From Eledone cirrhosa (lineage: Eukaryota): 64,000 nt of DNA. Location: NCBI GenBank assembly GCA_964016885.1, contig OZ024742.1, positions 110,546,001 through 110,610,000 of the forward strand. Direction: 5' to 3'. Below the pieces are notes generated by a model. The model did not search any database. It saw nothing but the letters and a program-made list of their open reading frames with translations, and was not told the DNA's origin. Shown piece by piece: positions 12,061 to 25,757 of this stretch. The translations under genes were made by a program, and so were the position numbers. How positions within the stretch are numbered: position 1 is the first letter of the stretch; each line of letters opens with the position of its first letter.

Positions 12061-13989
12061 CTTGGATGCTATCAAATACACGAGTAGCTTTGTTGATAGT
12101 TCTCAAATGAAGAACAAGTTAAAACAACTTTCTTCTAAATAGCTCTATAGAAAACGTTACTTTTATTAACTACTAGATATGTTTCCGCCCGGGAAATATG
12201 AATTGGCGACCGTTTTGTTGAATGAAAATCATAGTAATTCTACTGGATAATCACTGGGGAATTTTTATGCACATAACTAAACCATGAATTAACCGAATTT
12301 GCATTGAAAACGATTCAACATATTGTAGGCAATAAAACATTCTGGTTATGCTACACACTATAGATTATATAACAAATGAATAATATTTGTATTTACTTTC
12401 AATACGTTTTGTATACTCATAATTTACTTATGGTGTACTCAGTCTAAGCTTTACTGATAGGCAGCCATATGAATATCGTTTGACTTGTCACCTATGAGAT
12501 TTTTCAATTACCTTTCGTATTTTTCAACCATCCAATCTTAACCAGATGCAAACATTACGGCATTGATGTTCACACACATCGAATTACTGAACTATAACAA
12601 CGCAGGTCATGCTGGTTAAGAAAATCTGATTGGGTCAATCATAAACTAATTTAGTTGACAATAGAAGTAACAAAATATCATCCATTCATCGTATGATTCA
12701 AAACTGTTTTCTATGTTTTTTATCTACAATAAACATTTATTTATTGGAATGTATTGCAGAAATACAAAACAGAGATAAAAATATACTGAAATCCGAACTT
12801 TGAAATTATTTAATTCATTGAAATAATAAGAATAACCTGAAAGCATTTGAAGTTTTGACAGTAAATAAGAAGTATTATCTATTGTTGCAAGAACTCTTCT
12901 TAAAATCTGAAGCTTACAGAATTCTTTTATTCATATCAAACCATTTTTCCAAGATACGTAATTAATAAACAGTAAAGCGATTTGGTACTAAACGTTTCAG
13001 TGGATTAAAATGTTATGCAATTAACTGAATTATGCGGAATTGGGTAGAAATGACTGTGTACATGATTTCAATATACGCTAGTTTCCATGACTGACCTTTC
13101 CACGTTCAGAAGAACTAGATACATTACAGTGCAGGTATCCCACATACGATTATACACTTTCTTCTGGCACACCCAGCACTCACTGTAATTTTGTATGTGA
13201 CAACGGAGCTTTTAAAAGTGTTTTGGATATTCAGAAACTGAAAAAAAAACATGATTTAGGAAATGGATTAACAAAATTAACTTAGATATATCCGAAATTC
13301 GTGATTTGTAGCCAAAGTACTGGAATATGTTTTACTCAGTAGTGGCTAAGATCTTGAAGACCGCGATAGTTCCACTCAGTGAATATTATAGCAAAAGTTA
13401 CGGATGCTTTAATCGGAAATCATTTGGAAAAAGTTTAAAAAATAAGGTTGTCTCAAGACTAGAGAGTCTGCATTCCGGACCATATATCATTTTCACGAAG
13501 TGTAAAGTGACTGAGAGAGTTCCTCTCTTAGATCAAATGCAAATTCATTGCAAGGGTAATTTCTAGTTTCTGATGGTACTCATTCGCTTAGTTCGTGGAC
13601 TCAAGCAATGTCACTCGGCCTGGATATCAAATTCAAGACATTACGATTGTAATAACGATAGTGTAGCTGTAGGCAACGTGCCTTTGCAACCCATTGACGA
13701 AATCTGTTGAAACTATGTTCTAAGTTCATATAGCTGCTTGGTGGTATTTTGGACAACTTTGTACAAAACACGGACCTTTGAAGAAAATTTATTAAAGCAG
13801 ATTATATTAAAGTGTTTTGATGCAAATTTCATAAGAAGTTATTTGCACAAAATCGTAATTTTTATTGATATTTGAACTGTAAATGCTGAAAACCTGAGCA
13901 GGTCTGATCAAGGAGGAATAATAGAAGCTAGACTATCCATTAAAATCCGTTCTTTTGCTGTCTACATATACGATATGCAACTTTATATA

Positions 13990-14228
13990 GTTCCTATCGT
14001 CCTTAAACCAAATATAACTTTGTAATTTATTATACCTATGATTTACAATTAATCTTGAAAATAATCAAGAATTTAGTTAAACGATTAAATATTTAGGCTG
14101 GTGTTTAAAACATAAACGTTTATAACATAAAACCACGGTGGGATGTATAAATATGAGCACTTTAAAGCAAACGGTTTTGCATCATAGAACATGGGTGATT
14201 TCCGGTGATTTGGTAAGAGAAGGGTTAA
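13990..14228. mobile_element. piggyBac-like MITE end
   Basis: Ends ...TTTGGTAAGAGAAGGG-TTAA. Left end not identified. Confidence 0.35.
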
Positions 14229-14569
14229 TGTGAATACTAAATAAAATTCTCAGTGTCATTGCTATTATTTCGATTTCGTCTAACTACCATGAAGAGAGGC
14301 GCTCTCATAAGAATCGTTAAAATGTATTGCTATAACATCGGGTTCACTTTTGTGGTTAAATTTCTACAATGTATAAAGTGCTTCCGTTTCCCTTGGGAAA
14401 TAAATACTAAAAAATTAAGAGCTGAATATGAATTACAGATCTGACTCAACAGTCCATACCATAAGTCTTTACGACTCAAGACACACACTTCACGCACGCG
14501 CAAACACACATGCACATATTGTTGGTGTTATATATTTATAAATATAATGTGTTTATATATATATATATA

Positions 14570-14675
<106 letters not shown>

Positions 14676-15120
14676 ATGTGTATATAAATATATAAATACA
14701 TTGAAGCCGGCAATATTATATTCGTTGTTCTCACAACCGTAACCAAAATATAGGCATAAACAAATTTAAATCACCCTTCCTTAGCTCACGACCGAAAAGA
14801 AAATTGGTTTCCAATAGCAACACTCTCAACATGACTATATATATATTTATACTTACATAGATTACGTTTTCATATTTCGTATCTAATATGGACGCCCACA
14901 CAGGAAAACACAAGCAGACATATACATATAAAGTTGTATCTGTACACACATACACCCACACATTTATATATGTGTATATATAGGCATGTATATATACATA
15001 TAAATATGTTTGTATATATATATATATACATGTATATATATGTATTTATATATATATACAAATATGTATATATATGCATATGAACATATTTATACATACA
15101 TGTATATATATATATATATA

Positions 15121-15225
<105 letters not shown>

Positions 15226-15230
15226 TCATA

Positions 15231-15271
<41 letters not shown>

Positions 15272-15494
15272 GCAAAAGTTCTATTTAAAATTGTTGGGAT
15301 ACAACAAGTAAATATCCAGACAGCCTCCAAAAATAATGGTTGTATTTTAAAGGGTACGTCAAACCTATTTGTAAAACTGTTATATATTGTATTTTGTCTG
15401 ATGAAGGCATACCATAATTTAATGTGGTATCCCTGAAATATGTATAATGAAATAAATATGGTTTTATAAATATAGTTTCCATTTATTAATATCG

Positions 15495-15495
<1 letters not shown>
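15272..15495. mobile_element. Extremely truncated copy of the 19103-22177 PLE family: ~43-bp 3' tail plus inverted HHR-bearing end
   Basis: 15274-15314 matches 19104-19144, and 15350-15495 matches 22025-22177 including CTGATGAAGGC...GAAA. Both sides in (TA)n. Confidence 0.78.
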
Positions 15496-15525
<30 letters not shown>

Positions 15526-16099
15526 TTCTATTTCTTATTTTATTTCTCATCCTATCGGGAAGTTAGATTCCTTTCTTACTATATCAAGCTTTAAACAAAT
15601 ATATTCTTCATTGTATTGTATTGCTTTGCTGTCTCCGTTCTTGCTAAAATACATATGTATATATGTATATACATACATATACTCGATTTCGAGTAATGCC
15701 ATCGCTAGATACTTAAGCATGAGCATCACGGACATGGCTTTTTAGACCTGCTAGGGACTTGCCTATGGTCCGCAATACCATGCACCGCAAAAAATGTCAC
15801 ATATCGAGCGATGCCTGTCCTTGAAACTTTTTTAAGTGAAGAAAGACTTTGCACGGGGCCAATCCCACTCTTTGAACATCGAATCCATTTAACCAAGAAG
15901 AAGAACTGGTCTACGTCATTGGATTCAAACGAAGTCGCAGGTTTCATATCAAAGCGATCTTCTCCTAGAGAGATGTCTTAATGAAAACTAGGAGTCTCTC
16001 TCTCCACAAAGAAAAGCAAAGAAACTTTATTGGATGGTCGTTGTCTCTCCTGAGTCCTTCCGCCCTTTGATAGGTTTTGGTTTTCATGCCGCAGGGTGT

Positions 16100-17070
16100 C
16101 CAAATTCACAAGAGATCAATAATTGATTTTGTTATTGTCTCTGATCTTTTCAATTCTGTTATGAATGATCGTATTAAGCGAGGGTCTTATCTGTGAACTA
16201 ACCCCCATCTAATTATCTGCATCCTGAGACTACCCAAGCCAAGAGAATCCACAAAATTACAAGTCCAGGTCCACCTACAGGATAAAAGGGAAAGCGTTAG
16301 CAGATAAGGAAATCAGGAACAAGTTTGCTGATACTATTACATCCAAATTCAGAAAACTCTTTGCGCAAACTGAAGACGTTGTAACGGAGTGGGCACTGTT
16401 CTGCTCGGCAGTTTCTGCTTCAGTTGTTAAACGATGCAGGTGAAACTAGCTTGATCTGGCGCCGGGTGGCATGAGGGTCCCTTGGTTCAATCAATTTGTC
16501 AAAGAAGCCATATGAGAAAAGGAGGAGGCTTACAAAGTTTGGCTTGTAAATAAGTTCGTCGTGCACAAGTAGTACAAACAGATGAGAAAAGCTACAGCAG
16601 AGCCAGTAAAGGCGTCTAAAGTTAAGACATGGGAGGACTTTGGGATTAAGCTGGAATCCGACTTCAGGACAGCAAATAAAGTGATATAGTAGCCCATTTG
16701 CCGCCTTTGTTATAAATAGTCCTCCTCTATGTCGGCTATCAAGAACGCGTCTGAGGGTCTCTCTTCAGCGAGGTGCATCTTCGCGAGGTCGTGAGAATAC
16801 ATTACTGATCACATAAACCCTGTAAGAACAGCATCTTCTCATCTATACGAGGTGCCAATGGCTAATCTCTCGGAAGCTGAGGTCCCAAGAGCAATTGAAG
16901 AGCTCAAATGTGGAAAGACCACTGGGGAGGTTGAAATTTGATCCGAAATGTTAAAAGCCTTAAACAGAGAAAATATTCTTTGGTTGACTCCTGTAAGTTG
17001 GATGGCCTGGATCTCTGGAAAGGTACCTAAGCAATGATAACCTGGAGAGATAATCACAATAAAAAAAAAA
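16100..17070 (+). mobile_element. Degraded RTE-clade LINE (Expander/Rex3-like), APE C-terminus to RT N-terminus
   Basis: RSIIDFVIVSD..RIKRGSYL*TNPHLI, PWFNQFVKEAI, KTWEDFG, EAEVPRAIEELKCGKTTGEVEI*SEMLKAL, WISGKVPKQ. Confidence 0.82.
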
Positions 17071-17867
17071 ACATCAATGTCAACGTGGCTAATGATCTGG
17101 TGAAGTTATTGAATTTTTGCAATTTGAAAGCAATTGGTTTCGATATGTAAACATCCTTTAAAACGATCATTTTTTGAGTTCAGGAATTTTTTTGTTTTGC
17201 AGATGACAAACCTTATAAGATTCTAATAATAATTATTTCACTGAGGCAGAGATAGAATCTCTGCCTCAGGGAAAACAATTGGGGCAGCTTATTAACAGAA
17301 TAGCTAGACCGTTGGACGAGATGCCTTACGATACCTCTTCTATTTCTTTGTGTTCTGGTGGCCTGGACATTCATATTGTTTGAAAATGCTTACGAAAATA
17401 GTTACGAAATGGGAGAGTCTCTTTTTGAGTTTCAGTAGAATGAATAACTCCTACAGATCGGGACCTCTGTTCTGTCGTAACTACCAATGGAGACATCGAT
17501 CAAAGGTTATCCTCCGTTTTGACTCAGTTTGGTGATTATTTCAATATACTTTTACATGTTGGGAATAGTGGTGTTAATTTTACCGGTTGAACGTTAAGTA
17601 AGGAAATTCGCCTTATGGACATCATACATTATTTCCGCGTAGAAATCCCTATATGTTGTCATCTATGTTTATTTGTTAGTCTAGACCTTTCGCTCTATGG
17701 TTGCATATGCTACTATGCTCTTTAACTGTAAACTTTGGTTATATTATCTGAGTTTATTGTGTCATATAGCTCAATAGTACCAAGAAGGCAGGTTGCTTCC
17801 CTCGTTGTCTTCTTAGATTCACCCTAGCTTCCTAGGCAGAGCAATTTGACTGATTTATATATATATT

Positions 17868-18056
17868 AATAATTGTTTCTGCTTTTGGCACAAGGCCAGC
17901 AATTATCCAGTATAATACTGGTACTTTATTTTATCAACTCCATAAGGATGAAAGACAAAGTTAACCTCGATGGCATTTGAACTCAGACCGTAAAGGGACG
18001 TAACTATACTAGAAAGCATGGCGTCCAACCCTCTATCGATACTCCCAATTCACCGT
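17868..18056 (-). mobile_element. tRNA-derived SINE with Meta-like central domain
   Basis: Reverse complement contains GAGTTCAAAT..GAGGTTAACTTTG.CTTTCATCCTTA..G..GATAAAATAAAGTACCAG. Multiple copies in the window. Confidence 0.8.
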
Positions 18057-18325
18057 CCTTATATATATATATATATATATGAGCAATCTTTGAAGTGTGG
18101 GGACAGCTGGAAAGCTTCCATTACTCATACTTCTCGCCTTCTTCACCACCTCTTCTACGGCCTCGATATGGATACCCCCTCCGCCTCCGTGGTATTTTCT
18201 TCGGGGTTATAAGAGGCTTAGCTCTGTTTCTCGACCGTTATATCGCGTGACTATCTCCCCCTCCGCCTTTTGGGATTCTTTCTCACGTCGTGTAGACGCG
18301 TTCTTGAGACTAGTAAAATGAGGTA

Positions 18326-18415
18326 TCCTCTTGATAAGTCGGCAGACCTCGCAAGGACTCTATATCTTTATGATATATTGTTTTTGTTTATGCCACGAAA
18401 CTACGTAGTCGAGGA
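18326..18415 (+). ncRNA. Type I hammerhead ribozyme, U3-A8 core, copy 1
   Basis: TCCTC-TTGATAA-GTcGGCA...TGCCAC-GAAA-CTACGTAG-TC-GAGGA. Perfect stem I, palindromic ACTACGTAGT, predicted cleavage after C18410. Confidence 0.8.
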
Positions 18416-18918
18416 ATTTAGGAGCAGTTTAGGTATGATACATTTTATTACTAATTATATCTAAATGTTTCTTCTCTCTTCATAATGTATTTTTAACTCT
18501 GATACTGGTTCAGTCTAGTTCAACTGAATTGGTCTGTCCGTCATTCATTGAGCAACATCGGTGAAGTTGGCACCCTTAACTCACAGTTGGGTGCGGATGC
18601 ATTCATGTATATATGTGTGTGTCCGCATGTATCTGTGTGTTTCTAAATATATTGTTAATAACTCCCTCTGGTCGAGCAATCTTTGAAGTGTGGGGACAGC
18701 TGGAAAGCTTCCATTACTCATACTTCTCGCCTTCTTCACCACCTCTTCTACGGCCTCGATATGGATACCCCCTCCGCCTCCGTGGTATTTTCTTCGGGGT
18801 TATAAGAGGCTTAGCTCTATTTCTCGACCGTTATATCGCGTGACTATCTCCCCCTCCGCCTTTTGGGATTCTTTCTCACGTCGTGTAGACGCGTTCTTGA
18901 GACTAGTAAAATGAGGTA

Positions 18919-19008
18919 TCCTCTTGATAAGTCGGCAGACCTCGCAAGGACTCTATATCTTTATGATATATTGTTTTTGTTTATGCCACGAAACTACGTA
19001 GTCGAGGA
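18919..19008 (+). ncRNA. Type I hammerhead ribozyme, U3-A8 core, copy 2
   Basis: Identical to copy 1. Predicted cleavage after C19003. Confidence 0.8.
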
Positions 19009-19669
19009 ATTTAGGAGCAGTTTAGGTATGATACATTTTATTACTAATTATATCTAAATGTTTCTTCTCTCTTCATAATGTATATATATATATATATATA
19101 TGTAAAGTTATATTTAAAATTGTTGGGTCACAACTAGTAAATATTTATAACTGATATAAAAGCACTCGACAAATATTTGGAGTATATTTACAATATTAAA
19201 TAAATGGAAAACTATATTTATAAAACCATATTTATTTCATTATATATATATTTCGGAGATATCATATTAACAATATGCTATGCCTTCATCAGACAAAATA
19301 CAATATAAACAGTTTTATAGATAAATATATTCGACATACCGTAATAAACATCAACTTCATTGGGAGAGGTTTACGCTAGCAGTGAAAATACAGAGAGAAA
19401 GAAAGAGAGAAAGAAAAGAGGGAAAAAAAAGAAAGAAAGAAAAACAGAACTAAGAGAAGGAAGAAAAAGAAAAAGAAGAAAAAAGAAAAAGAAGAAATGC
19501 ATGGAACAAAATAGAGAGATGGAAAAATAGATAAAGCGAAGAGCTTCATGTAAAGAGACAGAAAGAGATATATATATATAGAGAGAGAGGAAATAGAGAT
19601 AGATACATATATATATATAGAAAATTAGGTAGTGGGAGGTCATTTTGAGTAAGTGTATCAATGATACAT

Positions 19670-19700
<31 letters not shown>

Positions 19701-20754
19701 GCTCAAGTATTAATGTAAGGGAGAAATATAGAGAGATATAGAGAGATATAGAGAGAGAAAAAATTTAAAAATAGCCAGACATATTCGAGGCGTAGAAAAC
19801 CCTATGTTTTAATGTATTAGTATTTATAAAACTTACACTATACTGTAAATATCAGTATTCCTGAATGAAACAAGTATTCACAATGTGTGAAAATTCATTA
19901 TCTTATGTTTAGTTTTAAAAAATTCATATGTTTATGTGACAGCTACAAACATCAATGTGAATCCAACTGATTCACTCCGCAAATTCTAAGTTACCGGAAA
20001 ACATTCTCAATGTGGTATAAAAATTTGAGCATATTATTATTCTTGCGATTACTCTACAAGATTATCTATCAAGCAGAAATAGAGAGCAGATTTCAATATA
20101 CTAATCGAAAATATATATTATATTATAAACAAAGATAATAATAATAATAATAATAATAAGTAAAAATATATAAAAATATAGAATAGAAAACTAAAAAGAT
20201 ATTACGAAAGAATATTACATAATAAAAATATTGCATATTAAAAATACGTATTAAAAAATATTACGTATTAAAAATTTACATATAAAAATATTAAAAATAA
20301 AATAAAAATAAAAATATTATAGAATACTACAATACTAAAAGAATAAAGATAAAAATAAAAATAAAAATAAAAATAAAAATGAAAATAAACCACAAAGAAC
20401 AACCCTTCAAAGTTAATTGACAATATATTGCCAAGTTCATTACAAGACAAAGCCAAAAATTATCTATCAAATCACATCTAGCAAAGAATATCGCAAAAAA
20501 GATTATGATGTCCAATAATGTCTACATATGTTCCTATATTTAATATAGAAGTTTATCTAGTGTAAGGTTAATTCAAAAAATTTGGAGCATCGGCTTTTAG
20601 GGTAGCTTAATTTTTCATGAGGAATGTTTAGATAAAAATAAAAATAAATAAAATAAATTAAACAATAAAAAGAGTAAAAAGAGGGAATCAAAGATTTAGG
20701 AATCAAAAGATTTATCGGCTAGTTCTCATATAAATATAAATCAAACTAAATATA

Positions 20755-21615
20755 CTACATTTTAAATTTAAATTTATATTTAAACGTTGAGTTTAATCTA
20801 TGCTTGCAACAACTGAATAAATTTGTCCGTAGGTTAAGGGAATTTTTAGATTTTAGTATAAAGAATATCTCCTCTGCGCAGAGGTCACATGTCTCAGAGG
20901 ATGAATTAAAAGGAATCCCTCTTGAGACTATATTCCAAGCCGTCGAATATCTAACGTTATCTAGCTTAAGTTGCCAGAGTACCCCTGATAGTGCCGTTGA
21001 AGATTTTTTATTTGGATCTGTGAAAGAATTCTTGTGGTTATTATAGCGAAGTTTAAATTCCGTCGATGTGGAACCGACGTAGTTAAACGAATTAGAGTCA
21101 GTATTAACATTACAATTGTATACTATATTTTTAACTAAGCAGTTGTTATTTAACGGACATTTAGATCTATCTCTACAGTTACATTTGTTAACTTGTATAT
21201 TATTTATGCTATTATCAGTAGGTTTTAAGTTCCTATTATTTATTCTATTAATATTTTGTGCTAAATTTTTGGTGGATGAGTAGGTTAATTTAATTGTATG
21301 CCTATTGAAGATTGAGTGATACCTATGTGTTCTAGGGAAGCGATTATCAAGAGCTTTGAAAAATAATTTAGCGATGTGGGTTTTAATGTTTAGTGAGAAA
21401 GGGGGGGGGGGGGCAAACCAAATTATGTTCCTAGTTCTATTTCTTTTTTGTCCTTTGGAATTATTGTAATGCTTTCTATTATAGTTGTTAATGTTGTTGC
21501 CGTAATTAAAAAAGTTGTTACTTTGTTTAGTTTGTCTATCATTATCTATGTACACAATCTTATCAGCATACCCTGCCCTAGCTAGTGCATCATTATAGTA
21601 TTGGGCCTTTTCGTC
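20755..21615 (-). pseudogene. PLE RT thumb end + GIY-YIG endonuclease; frame open but 5'-truncated
   Basis: DEKAQYYNDALARAGY...RNIIWFAPPPPFS...CNCRDRSKCPLNNNC..NIVYNC..NYVGSTSTEFKLRYNNH...TALSGVLW...CDLC...CCKH. Confidence 0.9.
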
Positions 21616-21660
21616 CTCTCTATATCTCTCTATATTTCTCCCTTACATTAATACTTGAGC

Positions 21661-21699
<39 letters not shown>

Positions 21700-22062
21700 A
21701 TGTATCATTGATACACTTACTCAAAATGACCTCCCACTACCTAATTTTCTATATATATATATGTATCTATCTCTATTTCCTCTCTCTCTATATATATATA
21801 TCTCTTTCTGTCTCTTTACATGAAGCTCTTCGCTTTATCTATTTTTCCATCTCTCTATTTTGTTCCATGCATTTCTTCTTTTTCTTTTTTCTTCTTTTTC
21901 TTTTTCTTCCTTCTCTTAGTTCTGTTTTTCTTTCTTTCTTTTTTTCCCTCTTTTCTTTCTCTCTTTCTTTCTCTCTGTATTTTCACTGCTAGCGTAAACC
22001 TCTCCAAATGAAGTTGATGTTTATTACGGTATGTCGAATATATTTATCTATAAAACTGTTTA

Positions 22063-22128
22063 TATTGTATTTTGTCTGATGAAGGCATAGCATATTGTTA
22101 ATATGATATCCCCGAAATATATATAATG
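22063..22128 (+). ncRNA. Minimal hammerhead candidate; mirror at 19236-19305 (-), homolog at 15384-15449 (+)
   Basis: CTGATGA-AGG-CATAGCATATT-GTT-AATATGATAT-CCCC-GAAA-TATA-TA with palindromic stem III. Stem II differs but stays paired in the 15.4-kb homolog. Confidence 0.6.
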
Positions 22129-22274
22129 AAATAAATATGGTTTTATAAATATAGTTTTCCATTTATTTAATATTGTATATATATATATATATATTTTTTT
22201 TTCTACTTAAATATGAAACCATTATCATAATTATTATTAATATATATATATATATATATATATATTAATATATT

Positions 22275-22496
22275 AATAATAATTATGATAATGGTTTCAT
22301 ATTTAAGTAGAAATATTGAGGTAGGGGAAAGTCGATAAAATCCAGTCCAGTGCGTGACTGGAACTTTATTTTATCGAACCCGTAAGGATGAAAGGCAAAG
22401 TTAACCTCGGCGGGATTTGAACTCAGAATGGCAAGGGCCGTAACTCTATGCATCAAAGCATGGCGTCCGACCCGCTACCGATACTGCCAATCCACC
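22275..22496 (-). mobile_element. Meta-domain tRNA SINE
   Basis: Same family as 17868-18056. Confidence 0.8.
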
Positions 22497-22590
22497 AATA
22501 ATAATAATAATATTGATATATATATACATACATACACACACACATATCGTCGTCTGTCGATCGACTTCCGTCAAATCGGACCGAGGAAAC

Positions 22591-22643
<53 letters not shown>

Positions 22644-22978
22644 ATCATAAGATAAAAAGTTACCAATTTACTTTGAAGTCCCGACTGCAGTTTAACTGTG
22701 TAAGAAGCAGCTTGGATATTTCAATAATTTAGCTTATCCTTTGCTGTGAGACATCACAGATCCTACTGGAACTTCTCAATCCAAGAAAAAGAAATCCTTC
22801 ATATGATCGTTGCTAATGATAATTTCGAATAGCAAAATTATAACGTAAAAGATGGTCAGCAGCAGAAGGGTAGCAAAAGGTGGACTATTGGCGACTAATT
22901 GGACTACTAGAAAAAGCAGTCTATTTGAGACTAATAATTTTCTCCACCGCGTGCTTAAGTGTGTTGGTTGTGGTGGTA

Positions 22979-23036
<58 letters not shown>

Positions 23037-24142
23037 GCGCGCACACAATCGTGTGAATATACCTAAGCATTTAGTTACTGTCTTTTCCCTCGCTCAAAAG
23101 CGCACTATTTACTGTTTGTTTCCGAGTACAACATTACACATTGAACCATACATATATAATATATTTATCAGCATTTTTCTGTAGGCATTCACTTGTTTAT
23201 TTTAACCCCCCCCCCCCCCACACACATAAACAGACACACACACACACACACACACAAACACGCACAGATATATATATATATATAAGCGTAAAATATACAT
23301 CTGTAATTTTTATTCTCCTTCTCTTACAACAATATTATTCAAGTATATATATATACGTTCATGTGACAGCATTCTGTAATAGAATAGAGTTTTCAGCTGT
23401 CATTTGTGTTTCCAACAATTAGATTTTCATCCCTAAATCTGAATGAATAAAACATGAATTGCGCTCACGCTCATTTATGGTCCAGGTTTTCTTTTGATTA
23501 ATTCTCTCAGTTTAAACATTGACAGTTTATATCAAAATTATATGATATAATGATGTTATAAAAATAGAAGAACAAAATGTTTTATATAAATCTATTCACG
23601 TTTTAAAAAATATTTTCTTCACGGATTTTCGACAATTTATCAGTTAAAATTTATTTGAAATGTACCACAGTCTAATGCAAGGAAACTTTTTAGCAGACGT
23701 TGTAATTAATAATGAATGGAGTACATATTTGTAAGGTTGTGTTAAATTGTTATTCGGTTTCGACAATTGTTAGTTCATTTCGGTGTTAAATAAATCTCCG
23801 CCCCATACGATATAGTTTAATCATTCTAAACAACTGATAGAACTAAAAAAAGAAACACCATTACCAATGCCCACAAAACAAATACAACAGTAGAAAAATA
23901 TGAAACAAATAAAAGAAGCAAAGAAAACTATTTATTAACTTACGTGTAGACTTTTCATATACAAATAGATTAACTTTACTGATAAAATCAGTCACATTAC
24001 CATGGAAGTTCAGACGGATTTAAATATATATATATATATATATATGTATATAAGCATATATATAAATGTGAGTATGCATACACACAGACACACACATGTG
24101 TGTACATAGAGATATGCACGCAAACACACACGCACATATATG

Positions 24143-24173
<31 letters not shown>

Positions 24174-24660
24174 GTGTGCTCACATATATATACATATATG
24201 TATATATATAAATATATATATGTATATATATGTGTGCACACACACACATATATATATATATATGTGTTTGCGTGCATATCTCTATGGACACACACATATA
24301 TATTCATGTAACTTACATATATAGATACATGCATACACCTAGACACACACACACACGTAAATACAGAAAGTAAGGAAAACCGCTGTAAAGCTCTGGAAAT
24401 GTTATCTACTAAGACTAAAGTCTGATGGGAATTTGCGTTGATTTCTTGGAACCACCTAACAAAATAAAGAGAGAAAATCACTTGAATTGTTCGTTTCTAT
24501 TTTCAATTTACAATTAATCACTGCATATTGATATTGACAGTTTTCATTGCCTCGAAACTAAGAAGAAAAATAAAAGAGGCTATTTCCTTCATTGTAGAAT
24601 ATAAAACAAAAGTTATATATACATATATAGATATATATATATATATATACATGTATACAT

Positions 24661-24693
<33 letters not shown>

Positions 24694-24825
24694 GACAAAC
24701 AGACACACACACACATGTATATAGATATAAATACATAGAGAGAGAGGGAGGGAGAGAGAGACATACAAACACATACGTATAAATATATATGAATATATAT
24801 ATTATATATATATATACATAAATGC

Positions 24826-24871
<46 letters not shown>

Positions 24872-24887
24872 ATAAATACATACATAC

Positions 24888-25081
<194 letters not shown>

Positions 25082-25712
25082 ACATACGGACACACACATA
25101 TACATTCATACAATACAAAACTAATGAAAATGAATATCTATGTGCAAACAATACAAACAATGAAAGACACACTAGAAGGAGAGACATATTGGAAAAAAAT
25201 ATATTGAATATAATAACATGACGATTGTTCGGGCACTTTGAATTGGCTCCGTGTCAAAATGCCAGTTCAGTAAATATAACGCTGATGTTTAAACTCCCAG
25301 AAGCTATTTTATTTGTAGATTTATTCAGTATATTTTGTGAATATAATTAACTGTTTATACATAGGTTATATATGCATATGTGTAAATTTATGTATCGACG
25401 TCTTTATGTATTTTTGCAAGTATGCATATGTGTGCGTGTATATGCGTGTGTGTATATTTGCATTTATGTATTTATGTATGTATGCCTGAATATAAGTATG
25501 CATATATGCATTGGCGTATGAATAAACTGTTGAATATATATATATATATATACGTGTGTGTGTGTGTGTGTGTGCGTATGAGTATATATATATACACACA
25601 CACATATATATATATGTGTGTGTGTATATATATATACTCATACGCACACACAGAAACAAAATGGCGTAGGACAGAAGAAAGGAAAGGCACAGAAACAAAG
25701 AAAGGAATCCCC

Positions 25713-25757
25713 AGTCACTGAAGAGGTCACAGAGTGTGTGACGAAAGGACTATGACT
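25713..25757 (+). ncRNA. Minimal type I hammerhead ribozyme with canonical core, inside a short PLE-like end (~25650-25920)
   Basis: AGTCA-CTGAAGA-G-GTCAC-agagtgt-GTGAC-GAAA-GGAC-TA-TGACT. Perfect stems I and II, 1-bp stem III. Confidence 0.8.

Larger units (their letters stand above)
18081..19080 (+). mobile_element. Retrozyme-like non-coding element: 410-bp direct repeats, period 593, two hammerheads, inserted in (TA)n
   Basis: 18081-18490 equals 18674-19083 with one difference seen (G18226/A18819). An HHR lies in each repeat. Confidence 0.85.
19103..22177 (-). mobile_element. 5'-truncated Hydra-like PLE with ~560-bp inverted copy of its 3' end (arms ~19189-19745 and 21616-22177)
   Basis: Endonuclease ORF, near-identical inverted arms, an unduplicated 3' tail at 19103-19188, and (TA)n on both sides. 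Confidence 0.9.

Noticed and set aside
18097-18321. 74-aa ORF with signal-peptide-like start, duplicated at 18690
   Set aside because: It starts at GTG, has no recognisable homology and lies within the retrozyme-like repeat. Translation is not supported, though not excluded.
25212-25280. Hammerhead-like motif on the minus strand (CTGAACT...GAAC)
   Set aside because: There is a good hairpin, but both core segments deviate and stem I is not in register.
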